Of a stretch of DNA of 26,277 nucleotides, positions 17,630 through 26,131 are shown in pieces. The notes beneath the pieces were generated by a model that saw only the letters and a program-made list of their open reading frames with translations, made no database searches and was not told the DNA's origin. The stretch is taken from the IMG/VR virus record IMGVR_UViG_3300046751_000335, positions 1-26,277 of that record. One strand, written 5' to 3'. Positions within the stretch are counted from its first letter, which is position 1. Each line of letters starts with the position of its first letter. The position numbers were made by a program, and so were the translations under genes. This stretch comes from a virus (lineage: Duplodnaviria > Caudoviricetes).

Positions 17630-17974
17630 ATGGCACAGAATTTCCATAGATACACATTAAACGCAGTAGGTACGGTAGCTGCTGACATACCTGATGGGGC
17701 TAACTTTGATAGTGTAGATACGATTGTAGGTATTCACATTGCCAACGTAACAGCTAACGCCATCACGATTGAATGTTATATCAACGATGGCACTAACGAC
17801 ATTCATCTAGTTAAAGATGCACCTATTGCTGCTGGCGGTGCGCTGCAAATTTTAGATGGCGGTGCAAAAGTTGTCGTTAAGTCTGGTGACAGGCTTTATG
17901 TAAAGTCAGACACAGCTTCTTCTGCTGATGTTTGGGTTTCTGTAGTTGATGCAATCAGTACACCAGTAACGTAA
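17630..17974 (+). CDS. Conserved virion protein following tail fibre (probable fibre adaptor/hub)
   Basis: AGGAG RBS. MAQNF..., G...ANV, LVKDAPI..GG.L....GG.KVV...GD.L.V.SDTASS.D...S. Confidence 0.7.
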   Translation: MAQNFHRYTLNAVGTVAADIPDGANFDSVDTIVGIHIANVTANAITIECYINDGTNDIHLVKDAPIAAGGALQILDGGAKVVVKSGDRLYVKSDTASSADVWVSVVDAISTPVT

Positions 17975-17986
17975 GGGATTTAACCA

Positions 17987-18844
17987 ATGGGTTATGTAGG
18001 TAATCAACAAGCAGAAGGCTTTGTCCAGCGTCCTACCAAGCAAGACTTAACAGGGGCAACTGGCGATACTCTTACGCTAACTCACGCTGTTAGCAAAGAA
18101 GAAGATATTGACCTCTATATCAACAATGTAAAACAAGAGCCAACGACTGCGTACACTGTAAATGATACAGCCGTAACGCTAACTGGCGATGTAGTTGCTT
18201 CTGATGATATCTATGTGGTATATAACTCTCTGGCATTGCAAACTGTAGTGCCGCCTGATGGTTCTATTAGCACAGATAAGCTGGCTAACAATGCAGTTAC
18301 TATGAGCAAGTTAGCTTCATCTGGAACGCTTCCAGCTTTAAATGGTTCTGCTTTAACAAATATCGGTGGTGCATTAACTGCCGTTAGCGAACAAACCGCA
18401 AGTGGCAGTAGCACGGTTGATTTTACAGGAATACCAAGTGGCGTGGAGTTAGTTAAATTCACTAGTTGGGGGCTTTCTTCTAATGCAACAGCAACTATTG
18501 ACATTCGAATAGGCGATAGCGGGGGATTTGAAACCACTGGCTATGCTAGAAATTCTCATTATGGAACAAATGCACTTGTTACTGGTGGTAGTTCTTTAAG
18601 TGGCGATTCTTGGAGAAACTATGCATGGGTTAACGCTGCGAGTGTTTTCTATTTTAGCGGTCAGCTAGTACACGCTGGAAGTAACAGATGGATAATGGAC
18701 GCTAGCATTTTTGTTTCTGATTATGACGGCTATTTTGTAACTATGATGGGGTACAAGGAACTGTCTGGCGAGTTGGACAGAATACAATTTTTTCCTACTG
18801 CTGGAACTTTTGATGCTGGCACTATTAGAATTATGTACGCATAG
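17987..18844 (+). CDS. Tail fibre/receptor-binding module protein (MxYxG-type N-terminus)
   Basis: N-terminal YVGN...INNVKQEP..AYTV, DGS..T.KLA repeat, and C-terminal beta domain (FTGIPS...ELDRI.....GTFDAG.I...Y). Confidence 0.75.
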   Translation: MGYVGNQQAEGFVQRPTKQDLTGATGDTLTLTHAVSKEEDIDLYINNVKQEPTTAYTVNDTAVTLTGDVVASDDIYVVYNSLALQTVVPPDGSISTDKLANNAVTMSKLASSGTLPALNGSALTNIGGALTAVSEQTASGSSTVDFTGIPSGVELVKFTSWGLSSNATATIDIRIGDSGGFETTGYARNSHYGTNALVTGGSSLSGDSWRNYAWVNAASVFYFSGQLVHAGSNRWIMDASIFVSDYDGYFVTMMGYKELSGELDRIQFFPTAGTFDAGTIRIMYA

Positions 18845-18853
18845 GAGGCTGTA

Positions 18854-19783
18854 ATGGCATTATCAAAAATACTACCAGCCTCTCAAGAGCAATATGCAGG
18901 GGCGAGAAATCTTATCATCAATGGTAACTTTGCTATTGACCAAAGAAACAGCGGTTCAAGTATAACACCTACCGATGGTCAGTTTAGTGCAGACAGATGG
19001 AAGTGTTCTTTAAGTCAAGCATCAAAATTTTCTGTAGAACAAGTAACAGATGCTCCAGTTGGTTTTCAAAACTCGCTAAAAATTACTAGCCTTTCTGCTT
19101 ACACCCCTGTTTCTTCTGATTACTTTCTTGTTCAGCAACAGCTAGAAGGATATACAGGCGCACATTTACTTTATGGAACGGCTGATGCAAAAACAGCAAC
19201 TTTGTCTTTCTATGTAAAGTCATCTTTAACAGGGACTTTTGGTGGTGCAATTAGAAACAGTAATGGATTCAACAGAACTTATCCTTTTGAGTACACAATT
19301 AACTCTGCAAACACTTGGGAAAGAAAAACCATAAAATTTGTTGGCGATACATCTGGCACTTATTTAACGACAAACGGTGCTGGGATTACAACAACCTTTA
19401 GCGTAGGTGCTGGGGCTGACTTTAAGTCAACAGCAAATGCTTGGGCGGCTAACAATGATATTGCAGGAAGTAATGCAACGGATGTTGTAGCAACCAATAG
19501 TGCGACATGGCAAATCACAGGCGTACAGCTAGAAGTAGGCGAGGCTACACCGTTTGAGCATCGTAGCTATGCAGATGAGTTGGCTAGGTGTTTACGGTAT
19601 TATCAAGACAGATACGTCTATATGTATGCTGGGAATCTTCCTCATGGCTACTTGTATAATATGAGGGCTACGCCAACTTTTAATAGTGGATACACAACTT
19701 TTGCCGCTACTGATGAGTATGTTTTGTATTACGCAACAAGTACTGCGGGGCAGTATAATATGAAAATGGATGCGGAGTTATAA
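18854..19783 (+). CDS. Tail fibre/receptor-binding protein with carbohydrate-binding-like domain
   Basis: AGGAGG RBS. RNLIING.F.I.QR...DRW ... TLSFYVKSS.TG ... W.ITGVQLEVG.ATPFEHRSY..EL.RC.RYY. Confidence 0.8.
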   Translation: MALSKILPASQEQYAGARNLIINGNFAIDQRNSGSSITPTDGQFSADRWKCSLSQASKFSVEQVTDAPVGFQNSLKITSLSAYTPVSSDYFLVQQQLEGYTGAHLLYGTADAKTATLSFYVKSSLTGTFGGAIRNSNGFNRTYPFEYTINSANTWERKTIKFVGDTSGTYLTTNGAGITTTFSVGAGADFKSTANAWAANNDIAGSNATDVVATNSATWQITGVQLEVGEATPFEHRSYADELARCLRYYQDRYVYMYAGNLPHGYLYNMRATPTFNSGYTTFAATDEYVLYYATSTAGQYNMKMDAEL

Positions 19784-19785
19784 AA

Positions 19786-19962
19786 ATGAATATTACATCA
19801 GCACAATATCAAAATAACCCTGTTTTTGGGGAAGCCGAACATAATATAGTTGTGATAATTGATGGTGAAACTTTGATTGTACCCCTTGACCCAGCCAACC
19901 GCCACTATGCCGCTATCCTAGAATGGGTAGCTGACGGCAACACAATACAGGATGCAGAATAA
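19786..19962 (+). CDS. 58-aa probable fibre assembly chaperone (not in ORF track)
   Basis: MNITSAQY...IDGE...VPLDPANRHYAAILEWVADGNTIQDAE. This motif commonly follows fibre genes. TAATG coupling to the next gene. Confidence 0.75.
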   Translation: MNITSAQYQNNPVFGEAEHNIVVIIDGETLIVPLDPANRHYAAILEWVADGNTIQDAE

Positions 19963-20774
19963 TGCCATACATAGGTAAAAATCCAGTAGGCGGTGGCTTT
20001 CATAAGCTAGACAACCTTACTGCTTCTGCTACAGACACCTACGCTCTTACGCTAGGGTCTGCGGCATACTACCCAGAGAGTGCTAACCAACTGCTAGTAT
20101 CTCTGAACGGTGTTATCCAAGCACCACAAGACAGCTTCACAGTGTCAGGTTCTGACCTAGTGTTTGATGACCCACTGACAGGCTCAGACAGTATCGACTT
20201 TGTTGTTGCGCTGGGTGATGTGCTGGCTGTTAAGACGGTTACTGATGGGGCTATTACAGCTAACAAGATTGGTACTGATGCCGTAACTACAGCTAAGATA
20301 CAGGACGGTGCTGTTACTGCGGCAAAGATTGATAGCTTGCCAACTGGTTCTGTGTTGCAAGTTGTAAATACAAAACTAACAACTTCATTTGATACTCAAA
20401 GCACAAGCTTTGTAGATGTTACAGGGTTATCAGCAACAATTACTCCATCATCTACGTCTAGTAAAATATTGGTTATGTTTAATGGCTTTTTATCTAACTA
20501 TGGAGCTAACAACTATACTTTTCTTAAAATATTAAGAGGCTCTACTGAAATAGACAGAAATTCGCAAATTGATTATCAGAATTTTAGCCACAGTGGCAGA
20601 AATGTAATGAACGTAATTTATGATTCTCCATCAACTACTTCTGCTGTAACGTACAAAATTCAAATTGCGGCTGAAAGCGCTAGCAATACTGCAAGAATAG
20701 GTGGCGGTGCGCAAGCTGGTACAACAACAGAAGTGCCAGACACAAACATAACACTAATGGAAATAGCAGGTTAG
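19962..20774 (+). CDS. Tail fibre/receptor-binding module protein (MxYIG-type N-terminus, GSVLQV...LMEIAG tip domain)
   Basis: N-terminus is paralogous to 17987-18844. DGA(I/V)TxxKI 10-aa repeats. C-terminal domain is paralogous to 20785-21288. Confidence 0.78.
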   Translation: MPYIGKNPVGGGFHKLDNLTASATDTYALTLGSAAYYPESANQLLVSLNGVIQAPQDSFTVSGSDLVFDDPLTGSDSIDFVVALGDVLAVKTVTDGAITANKIGTDAVTTAKIQDGAVTAAKIDSLPTGSVLQVVNTKLTTSFDTQSTSFVDVTGLSATITPSSTSSKILVMFNGFLSNYGANNYTFLKILRGSTEIDRNSQIDYQNFSHSGRNVMNVIYDSPSTTSAVTYKIQIAAESASNTARIGGGAQAGTTTEVPDTNITLMEIAG

Positions 20775-20784
20775 GGAGACTGAC

Positions 20785-21288
20785 ATGGCACTTATTAAAT
20801 TAAACAATCAGTCTCTGTCTGCTGTTACTAGCGCAGGGTTGCCCAGTGGTACTGTGTTGCAGGTTAAGTTTCTTTCTTTTGAAGACTTACTAACTAGGAC
20901 AGGCACTACCTATGCAGACATTTCAGGTTTTAGTCTTTCTATAACTCCTTCTTCTGCGAGTAATAAAATTTTAGTCACTGTTCAGTTGGCTCACGCCCAC
21001 AGCCCCGGCTCAAATACAATTTTGTACAGATTAATTAGAGGCAGTACAATCATCTCTGAAAATCCTAATATTGGAAATGTGGATGCTTTTATAGGTCATT
21101 ATTCTCACGGTGATGAAGGGCTTTACCACGCCAACAGACCCTTCTTAGACAGCCCAGCTACAACATCAGCAACCACATATAAACTTCAATGGAAAGTTGA
21201 TGCAGGAACTGGTTATCTTAATAGGCACACTGGCAATACGAATTATGGCGGTACTTCTAGCATGACACTAATGGAGATTGCAGGGTGA
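20785..21288 (+). CDS. Short fibre/receptor-binding module protein (MALxK leader + GTVLQV...LMEIAG domain)
   Basis: GGGAG RBS. Shares G.VLQV, D..G.S..ITPSS.S.KILV, DSP.TTSA.TYK.Q and TLMEIAG with the upstream gene. Confidence 0.78.
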   Translation: MALIKLNNQSLSAVTSAGLPSGTVLQVKFLSFEDLLTRTGTTYADISGFSLSITPSSASNKILVTVQLAHAHSPGSNTILYRLIRGSTIISENPNIGNVDAFIGHYSHGDEGLYHANRPFLDSPATTSATTYKLQWKVDAGTGYLNRHTGNTNYGGTSSMTLMEIAG

Positions 21289-21431
21289 ACCAGAACGATA
21301 TCCCTTTATATGCTGGCGGCTTGACTGCTCCGTTGTGGGTTGATGTTCTAAGCGATTGGCTTGGCTTGGTAGCTGTTAGCCTTACTGTTATTTTGCTTTT
21401 GATAAATATCTGGAAGTCTAGGAAGAAGTAA
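21285..21431 (+). CDS. 48-aa membrane protein, holin-like (not in ORF track)
   Basis: GTGA overlap with GGAG upstream. MNQNDIPLYAGGLTAPLWVDVLSDWLGLVAVSLTVILLLINIWKSRKK has a TM helix and a basic tail. Confidence 0.65.
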   Translation: MNQNDIPLYAGGLTAPLWVDVLSDWLGLVAVSLTVILLLINIWKSRKK

Positions 21432-21626
21432 ATGAACGATGATTTTGCAAAACGTTTCAAGAACGTTAGACCCCAAACTAAACCTATTGGTTTTGGTGAA
21501 TATTTTAACAGTGTAACATCTGGCGTTAGTAAGACTGTTAAGAAGATGGGAAATTTTTTTTCGTCTTCTAAGGCAAAAGCTGATGACACTAGCTATCCTA
21601 ATATGCAGAAGTTAAAGCGAAGGTAG
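21432..21626 (+). CDS. Small basic hypothetical protein
   Basis: Abuts both neighbours and fills the operon gap. Confidence 0.55.
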   Translation: MNDDFAKRFKNVRPQTKPIGFGEYFNSVTSGVSKTVKKMGNFFSSSKAKADDTSYPNMQKLKRR

Positions 21627-21628
21627 TT

Positions 21629-22087
21629 ATGATAGACCCTGCCACAATTGCACTCGCTGCTAGTGCTTTTGCGGCTGTGAAAAAAGGCATCGCCCTAGGG
21701 AAAGATGTCGAAGGCATGTATAAAGATGTATCACGCTGGATGGGTGCGGTACATGAAATAGAAAGCAAGCATAACAAGCAGAAGCAAAGTTTTTTTAATA
21801 AGTCTGTTGAAGAAGAAGCATTGCAATCTTGGACTGCAATGAAGCAGATAAAGAAGCAAAGAGAAGAACTCAGACTGTATATGCTTAGTATTAATCCACA
21901 GGCTTGGAATGAGTTTGTTGGCATCGAAGGTCAGATACGCAAAGACAGGATAAGAGCAGAGCAAAGACGCAAAGCTAGAATCAAGAAGAACATAGAGATA
22001 ACAATAATAACAATACTTATGATATGTATCGGTGCTGGTTTGTGGTTTCTAGTTTGGTTTGCGATGAAGGCAAGGGGTTTGTTATGA
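21629..22087 (+). CDS. Hypothetical membrane protein (MIDP..., coiled coil, C-terminal TM helix)
   Basis: Amphipathic N-terminus, charged helical middle and hydrophobic C-terminus. AAGG RBS. Confidence 0.75.
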   Translation: MIDPATIALAASAFAAVKKGIALGKDVEGMYKDVSRWMGAVHEIESKHNKQKQSFFNKSVEEEALQSWTAMKQIKKQREELRLYMLSINPQAWNEFVGIEGQIRKDRIRAEQRRKARIKKNIEITIITILMICIGAGLWFLVWFAMKARGLL

Positions 22088-22290
22088 GTGCAGAAGAAGT
22101 AGCAAGAAAGATGTTAGAGCTACGCATCTTACCACGATTTATGATGGTGTGCATGACAGGCGTTTACATACGCTGTATTGAATGGGCGTTATCTCAGCCA
22201 GATTTATCTACACAACAAAGCGCATTGATAAGCGTAGTTACTGGCGCAATGACAGGCTCATTGGCAGTATGGCTAAATTCAGAGAAATAA
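22084..22290 (+). CDS. Two-TM small membrane protein, putative holin
   Basis: ATGA overlap at 22084 (more likely than 22024). RILPR.MM...W......P...Q.A..S.V.GA.TG...VW. Confidence 0.65.
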   Translation: MSAEEVARKMLELRILPRFMMVCMTGVYIRCIEWALSQPDLSTQQSALISVVTGAMTGSLAVWLNSEK

Positions 22291-22686
22291 ATGGCGGCAA
22301 AGCTAAGTGAGAACACTGAGGTAGCACTACCGCTACGCAACATTATCAGTATGGTTGCGGCGGCTAGTTTAGCAACATGGGCTTACTTTGGTTTGATTGA
22401 AAGATTAAACACATTAGAAACAAACCAGACCATGATGCAGTCTGACTTGGAGCAAAACACAGAGTTTCGCATCAAGTGGCCTAGAGGCGAGATGGGTAGC
22501 TTGCCAGCCGATAGTGAACAGTTCATGCTGATAGAGCATTTAGCTACTGAGTTAGAGAAGTTGCAGAACGAAATAGAGGGTGGCAAAGCACCCTATGATC
22601 AACAGCAAAAGCTGACGTTAGAGTTTTATGAAAAGCGTATAACTAACTTAGAAGAAAACTTAGAGAAGATACGGAACGGTGGTTGA
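22291..22686 (+). CDS. N-terminal TM + coiled-coil protein (lysis-cassette; spanin-like topology)
   Basis: Hydrophobic aa ~13-36 followed by heptad-rich segments. Confidence 0.6.
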   Translation: MAAKLSENTEVALPLRNIISMVAAASLATWAYFGLIERLNTLETNQTMMQSDLEQNTEFRIKWPRGEMGSLPADSEQFMLIEHLATELEKLQNEIEGGKAPYDQQQKLTLEFYEKRITNLEENLEKIRNGG

Positions 22687-22885
22687 ACTTACTTTTGTTT
22701 TATTGCTGGTAATGGGTGGTGAGAAGGTAGAGTACACGCCTTATAAATCCTTGTCTGAGTGTTTGTCTGTACGCAGAAAGATTAAACGTAACGTAGGCCA
22801 CACCAATAACTTTGACCAGAAGTGGTCATGCAAAGAGTTAAAGGTTAAAGTTAAGGACGGCAACATATTGGAGTTTGTAGAATGA
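22679..22885 (+). CDS. Small exported protein with two Cys
   Basis: Hydrophobic N-terminus, SECL...R.IKR and WSCK. Overlaps both neighbours. Confidence 0.6.
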   Translation: MVELTFVLLLVMGGEKVEYTPYKSLSECLSVRRKIKRNVGHTNNFDQKWSCKELKVKVKDGNILEFVE

Positions 22886-23226
22886 TTCAGTTACTAGGTG
22901 TTGTAGGCAATCTTGCTACTACATTTTTAGAAGGCAAGGTTGAGAAAGAAAAAGCCAAGTCTGAGATTATGAAGACTGCTGCACAGCATGATAGCAAGTG
23001 GGAGCTAATCATGGCTGAGTCTACTAAGTCTAGCTGGAAAGACGAAATAATAACAATAGCTGTACTTGCTCCTTGTGTACTTACATTCATTCCGGGCATG
23101 GAGGATGTAGTGAAGCAAGGGTTTGATAGGCTGAATGAACTACCTGATTGGTATCAAAACATATTATATGTGACGATACTTGCTGGTTTAGGCTTAAAAG
23201 GGTTGGATAGATTTAAGCGGAAGTAG
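22882..23226 (+). CDS. Holin, 3TM (GTA holin-like)
   Basis: WE........SWKDE.......P....FIP.....V..GF..L..LPDWY........A..GL.G. GGAG RBS. Confidence 0.8.
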   Translation: MIQLLGVVGNLATTFLEGKVEKEKAKSEIMKTAAQHDSKWELIMAESTKSSWKDEIITIAVLAPCVLTFIPGMEDVVKQGFDRLNELPDWYQNILYVTILAGLGLKGLDRFKRK

Positions 23227-23437
23227 CTCTATCTACCACATCGACCACCTCATAGCTCAAAACTTTTTGGTTGTCGTATCGTTCTAAAGCTTGGCTTCTG
23301 GTTTTAATTCTTTCTAGCCCTAAATCTAAAGCATCATCTTTGTCGATACCCACAACCTTTATTCTACGTTCTACAACTATCTCTACATAAACATCGTAAG
23401 TAGAGCATTTGTTTCTGTCATACTTGGTCATTGGCAT
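23213..23437 (-). CDS. Hypothetical protein
   Basis: Last gene of the - strand operon. GGGGAG RBS; start at 23437 or 23431. Confidence 0.6.
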   Translation of the reverse strand: MPMTKYDRNKCSTYDVYVEIVVERRIKVVGIDKDDALDLGLERIKTRSQALERYDNQKVLSYEVVDVVDRATSA

Positions 23438-23811
23438 ATTACACGCTCCCCTCTTCCATTGAGTATGTCTTCTATAAGGAACAGTAACATTTGTGCGATG
23501 GATGCCTTGTCTTCATTATCTCCGTATCCCCATACAAGATAATTAGTACGACCAGTATCATCATCTGTGATAGTCACTGTCACTGTTAACGCACCGTATT
23601 CTTCTTGCTCAACATTAACAAACATAGTGCGATAAGAAGAGAATATCCCTGAACCTGTAATCCAGAGACATCCCTCATGTTGTTTAGTTTCAGCAGAGAA
23701 TATAATAGCTTTTTTGGCAAGGATTTGGTGTAAGTCCCTGTCAGCTAGTATTTCCTGAGTCATTTTTATAACGCCTAACTGGTAGCTCTCTAGGTTCTCT
23801 GTAGTTTTCAT
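23428..23811 (-). CDS. Hypothetical protein (start uncertain, possibly 23763)
   Basis: Fills the operon, and its stop overlaps the next start. Confidence 0.55.
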   Translation of the reverse strand: MKTTENLESYQLGVIKMTQEILADRDLHQILAKKAIIFSAETKQHEGCLWITGSGIFSSYRTMFVNVEQEEYGALTVTVTITDDDTGRTNYLVWGYGDNEDKASIAQMLLFLIEDILNGRGERVICQ

Positions 23812-24013
23812 AATTCTTTTTTATGTTCTGCCAGCCTATGTCGTAATAACAAGGCTCACAGAATATATCCATTGCGGCTGTGACGGTGTAACTGTCGAGT
23901 TCGTTGTTCACCATCTTGCCGCAATTTCTACAGCGAGAAAAGATATAAGTTACGGTGTTACGTTCACGCTTCTGCGCTTGCTTGGAGAGTGGTTTTCGCT
24001 TTCTTGAACTCAT
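23741..24013 (-). CDS. Small zinc-finger-like protein
   Basis: CRNC-x21-CEPC. Overlaps neighbours. Confidence 0.55.
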   Translation of the reverse strand: MSSRKRKPLSKQAQKRERNTVTYIFSRCRNCGKMVNNELDSYTVTAAMDIFCEPCYYDIGWQNIKKNYENYREPRELPVRRYKNDSGNTS

Positions 24014-24548
24014 CAGTCACCTGTGCCTTTGCCACTTTACCTAGCGTTCCGATTGCCATTTTGTGTTTACGCCACATTCCGTCAATCTCATCTATCGTCT
24101 TTGCTTCTTTGAACTGACTGATGATAACAGAGCCATCTTCTTCGTCCAAGTCCATAGGCAAGTCTTCACCAGCATAGACATTGAGTCCAAGACCATGAAA
24201 GGCAATAGCTTTGACAAGGCAACGCTGAAGAGCTTTGTTGACCTGTCCACCGTCAGGATGCTGAATGGACTGGTTCTTGTTGTCCATGACATAGTGAATC
24301 TCTGTGTGAGCAAGCCCCTCGATGGTGACAGTCACAGCTACATATGTATGACCCTTGGTGTCACGCATAAATGGTAGCGGATTGTCTTGATTGTCACGGA
24401 AGATGTGCTTCTCGAATGTGGCAGATGGGTACTTCTCTTTGACAAAAGCCCAAGCCCATGCCCATGAGAGATAATCGAAACGACCCTTCTGCTCTACTTC
24501 TTTAGATACATCGAATCGTGATAGTGTTTGCCAGATGTTATCAGTCAT
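23964..24548 (-). CDS. sak: Single-strand annealing protein, Sak/DUF1071 (Rad52-like)
   Basis: DVS..VE.KG...YLSWA.AW......YP.A ... VMD.KN......VNK..QRCLVKAIA.HGLGL.VYAGEDLP. AAGGGAG RBS. Confidence 0.88.
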   Translation of the reverse strand: MTDNIWQTLSRFDVSKEVEQKGRFDYLSWAWAWAFVKEKYPSATFEKHIFRDNQDNPLPFMRDTKGHTYVAVTVTIEGLAHTEIHYVMDNKNQSIQHPDGGQVNKALQRCLVKAIAFHGLGLNVYAGEDLPMDLDEEDGSVIISQFKEAKTIDEIDGMWRKHKMAIGTLGKVAKAQVTDEFKKAKTTLQASAEA

Positions 24549-24765
24549 TGTGAATAATCTCCCTTAGTAAGTAATGAAATTCTATAAAAGCATTATCAAG
24601 GTCTACTATGTGATTGTAGTGTGGGTTCTCTAAACCTCGAAAAGAACTCATAACTTGTTGTAAAGCCTTGTCAAGATTCTGTATGCTTTCTATCTGATGT
24701 TCATTCATAGCTTCTTTTAATTGTTTGGCTTCAGCCACCGCTTTGTTTGGTCTTCCTCTAGGCAT
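24541..24765 (-). CDS. Hypothetical protein with N-terminal PRGRP (AT-hook-like)
   Basis: AAGGAGG RBS. Helical. Overlaps both neighbours. Confidence 0.65.
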   Translation of the reverse strand: MPRGRPNKAVAEAKQLKEAMNEHQIESIQNLDKALQQVMSSFRGLENPHYNHIVDLDNAFIEFHYLLREIIHND

Positions 24766-25621
24766 CTTTGCCCTCCTTAGGTGCTACATGTGTGCAAGTT
24801 AGTGTGCCAGCACGTGAACGTGTGACACGGATTTTGTGACCTGTAAGATTGCCAGATAGGTCGTAGTCCATACGGCGACACTTCTCAGGCATTTTCTCTT
24901 TGAACATATCCTTGGCTTCATCACCAACTTTGACAGCTTGCTTTGATTCGATGATGTTTTGTGCCTCAAGGCCGAATAAGCGGTCATGCTCTTCAGACCA
25001 GTCAGGTAGGTCAGCCATGTTCATTGTAAACATATCTGAATGTACCACTGGAGGCAGAGCGTCTGGCAAGACATGAGTATCGTCTTTGTATAACTGCCAG
25101 AACATACGACACTGGTTCATGTACATGTCACACCAGCTATCGTCCTTCTTGAGCATACGCCACTCTAGGCGGCAGCGTACACCGAATAGAGCCACAAGAT
25201 AGCACTTGTCGACACCAGCCACCAGCATGTGATGCTGACATTGTGGCGAATAAAAGTCACATAGTTCTTCCATGTCTTTGAAACCAAAATGAGCTTTAAT
25301 TTCCAATGGAAAAGCATCGCCAACAACACGACCATCAAAGGTAGAATGCATAGGGATGCCGTCAATAAGGATAGTTTTGCCCATTCCCTTTGAGTTAACC
25401 TTGCGTTTGTTTTGCTCACACCATTTGTCAATGATGTATGGTTCGAGGTACGAGCCAGTGTCCATGAGCAGTTGGGTTTGCTTTGAAAACTTTGCATCTT
25501 CCTGTCCACCTTTCTGTCTGGCTAGTGTCATCCATTGTGCAATATCACCTGAGGCGATAGTCTTTGCGTCTGATGAGCCTATGTAGGTAGCTCGTTCCTT
25601 GATTTGTGCTTCAGTAAGCAT
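24758..25621 (-). CDS. YqaJ-like / lambda-exonuclease family recombination nuclease
   Basis: R..YIGSSDA, G..LEP.I, S.FDG......LEIK and Y.PQ.QH.M.V.G motifs. AAGGAG RBS. Confidence 0.9.
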   Translation of the reverse strand: MLTEAQIKERATYIGSSDAKTIASGDIAQWMTLARQKGGQEDAKFSKQTQLLMDTGSYLEPYIIDKWCEQNKRKVNSKGMGKTILIDGIPMHSTFDGRVVGDAFPLEIKAHFGFKDMEELCDFYSPQCQHHMLVAGVDKCYLVALFGVRCRLEWRMLKKDDSWCDMYMNQCRMFWQLYKDDTHVLPDALPPVVHSDMFTMNMADLPDWSEEHDRLFGLEAQNIIESKQAVKVGDEAKDMFKEKMPEKCRRMDYDLSGNLTGHKIRVTRSRAGTLTCTHVAPKEGKDA

Positions 25622-25837
25622 TTAGTTCTCCTTGTAATCGACCTGCTTATATAAGTCAGGCCCGCATTCATCGGCTTGTGCATCCGCCCATGCATCTTCT
25701 ACAGCATCACGGAAACGGTATTGGTCAAAGTTTCTGCCAGCAATCTCCCTTACTTTTGTAATGAATAATTCTTTGTTTGTGGTGATAGGTGCAATCTCAG
25801 TGGCAAGCCACCGATAGTGCTTACGAGTCATGCCCAT
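25622..25837 (-). CDS. Small early hypothetical protein (MTRKHY..LA ... NFD..RF..A)
   Basis: AAGGAGG RBS supports ATG 25837. First gene of the leftward operon. Confidence 0.75.
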   Translation of the reverse strand: MGMTRKHYRWLATEIAPITTNKELFITKVREIAGRNFDQYRFRDAVEDAWADAQADECGPDLYKQVDYKEN

Positions 25838-25856
25838 AGTGTCCTCCTTGCATAAC

Positions 25857-25890
25857 AATTCACATTAGCATATATTTGGCTTATGTGATA
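25857..25890. promoter_or_regulatory. Divergent control region with inverted repeat TCACATTAGC-N9-GCTTATGTGA (candidate operator)
   Basis: Arms 25860-25869 and 25879-25888 match 9/10. The left arm overlaps the reverse complement of TAATGTGAATT. Lies between divergent genes. Confidence 0.6.
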
Positions 25891-25900
25891 GGTGAAGTGA

Positions 25901-26131
25901 ATGAGTGAAATTACTTTTACTTCCAATTTAATTAAACAATTTCAAAGACGTAGGTACGAATTAGGACTTACGCAACCCGAAGTTGACCAAAGACTCGGTG
26001 TGGCGTCAGGTCTATGTGCTAAGTGGGAAATTGGTAATAGAAAGCCAACTTTGTTTAATGCATACTGTTGGGCTGAAGCCTTAGGATGCGATATTAAATT
26101 GGAGATAAAAGATGAGAGTTTGCGGGATTGA
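25901..26131 (+). CDS. XRE/Cro-family helix-turn-helix regulator
   Basis: RR.ELGLTQ.EV...LGV......KWE.G.RKP. Confidence 0.9.
   Translation: MSEITFTSNLIKQFQRRRYELGLTQPEVDQRLGVASGLCAKWEIGNRKPTLFNAYCWAEALGCDIKLEIKDESLRD

Noticed and set aside
20346-21288. Paralogous tip domains as a diversity-generating retroelement TR/VR pair (BPP-1-like architecture prompted the check)
   Set aside because: No reverse transcriptase in the window. Both copies are coding, and their differences are extensive, include indels and are not adenine-specific.
24546-24555. CATTGTGAAT, a variant of the TAATGTGAAT motif
   Set aside because: Two mismatches and oriented against the local genes, so probably chance.
437-25586. 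Numerous antisense or alternative-frame ORFs in the track (e.g. 1450-1740, 2020-2343, 7590-7898, 14580-14975, 24063-24377, 25165-25509)
   Set aside because: They are fully nested in well-supported genes and lack RBS or motifs, so they are shadow ORFs.
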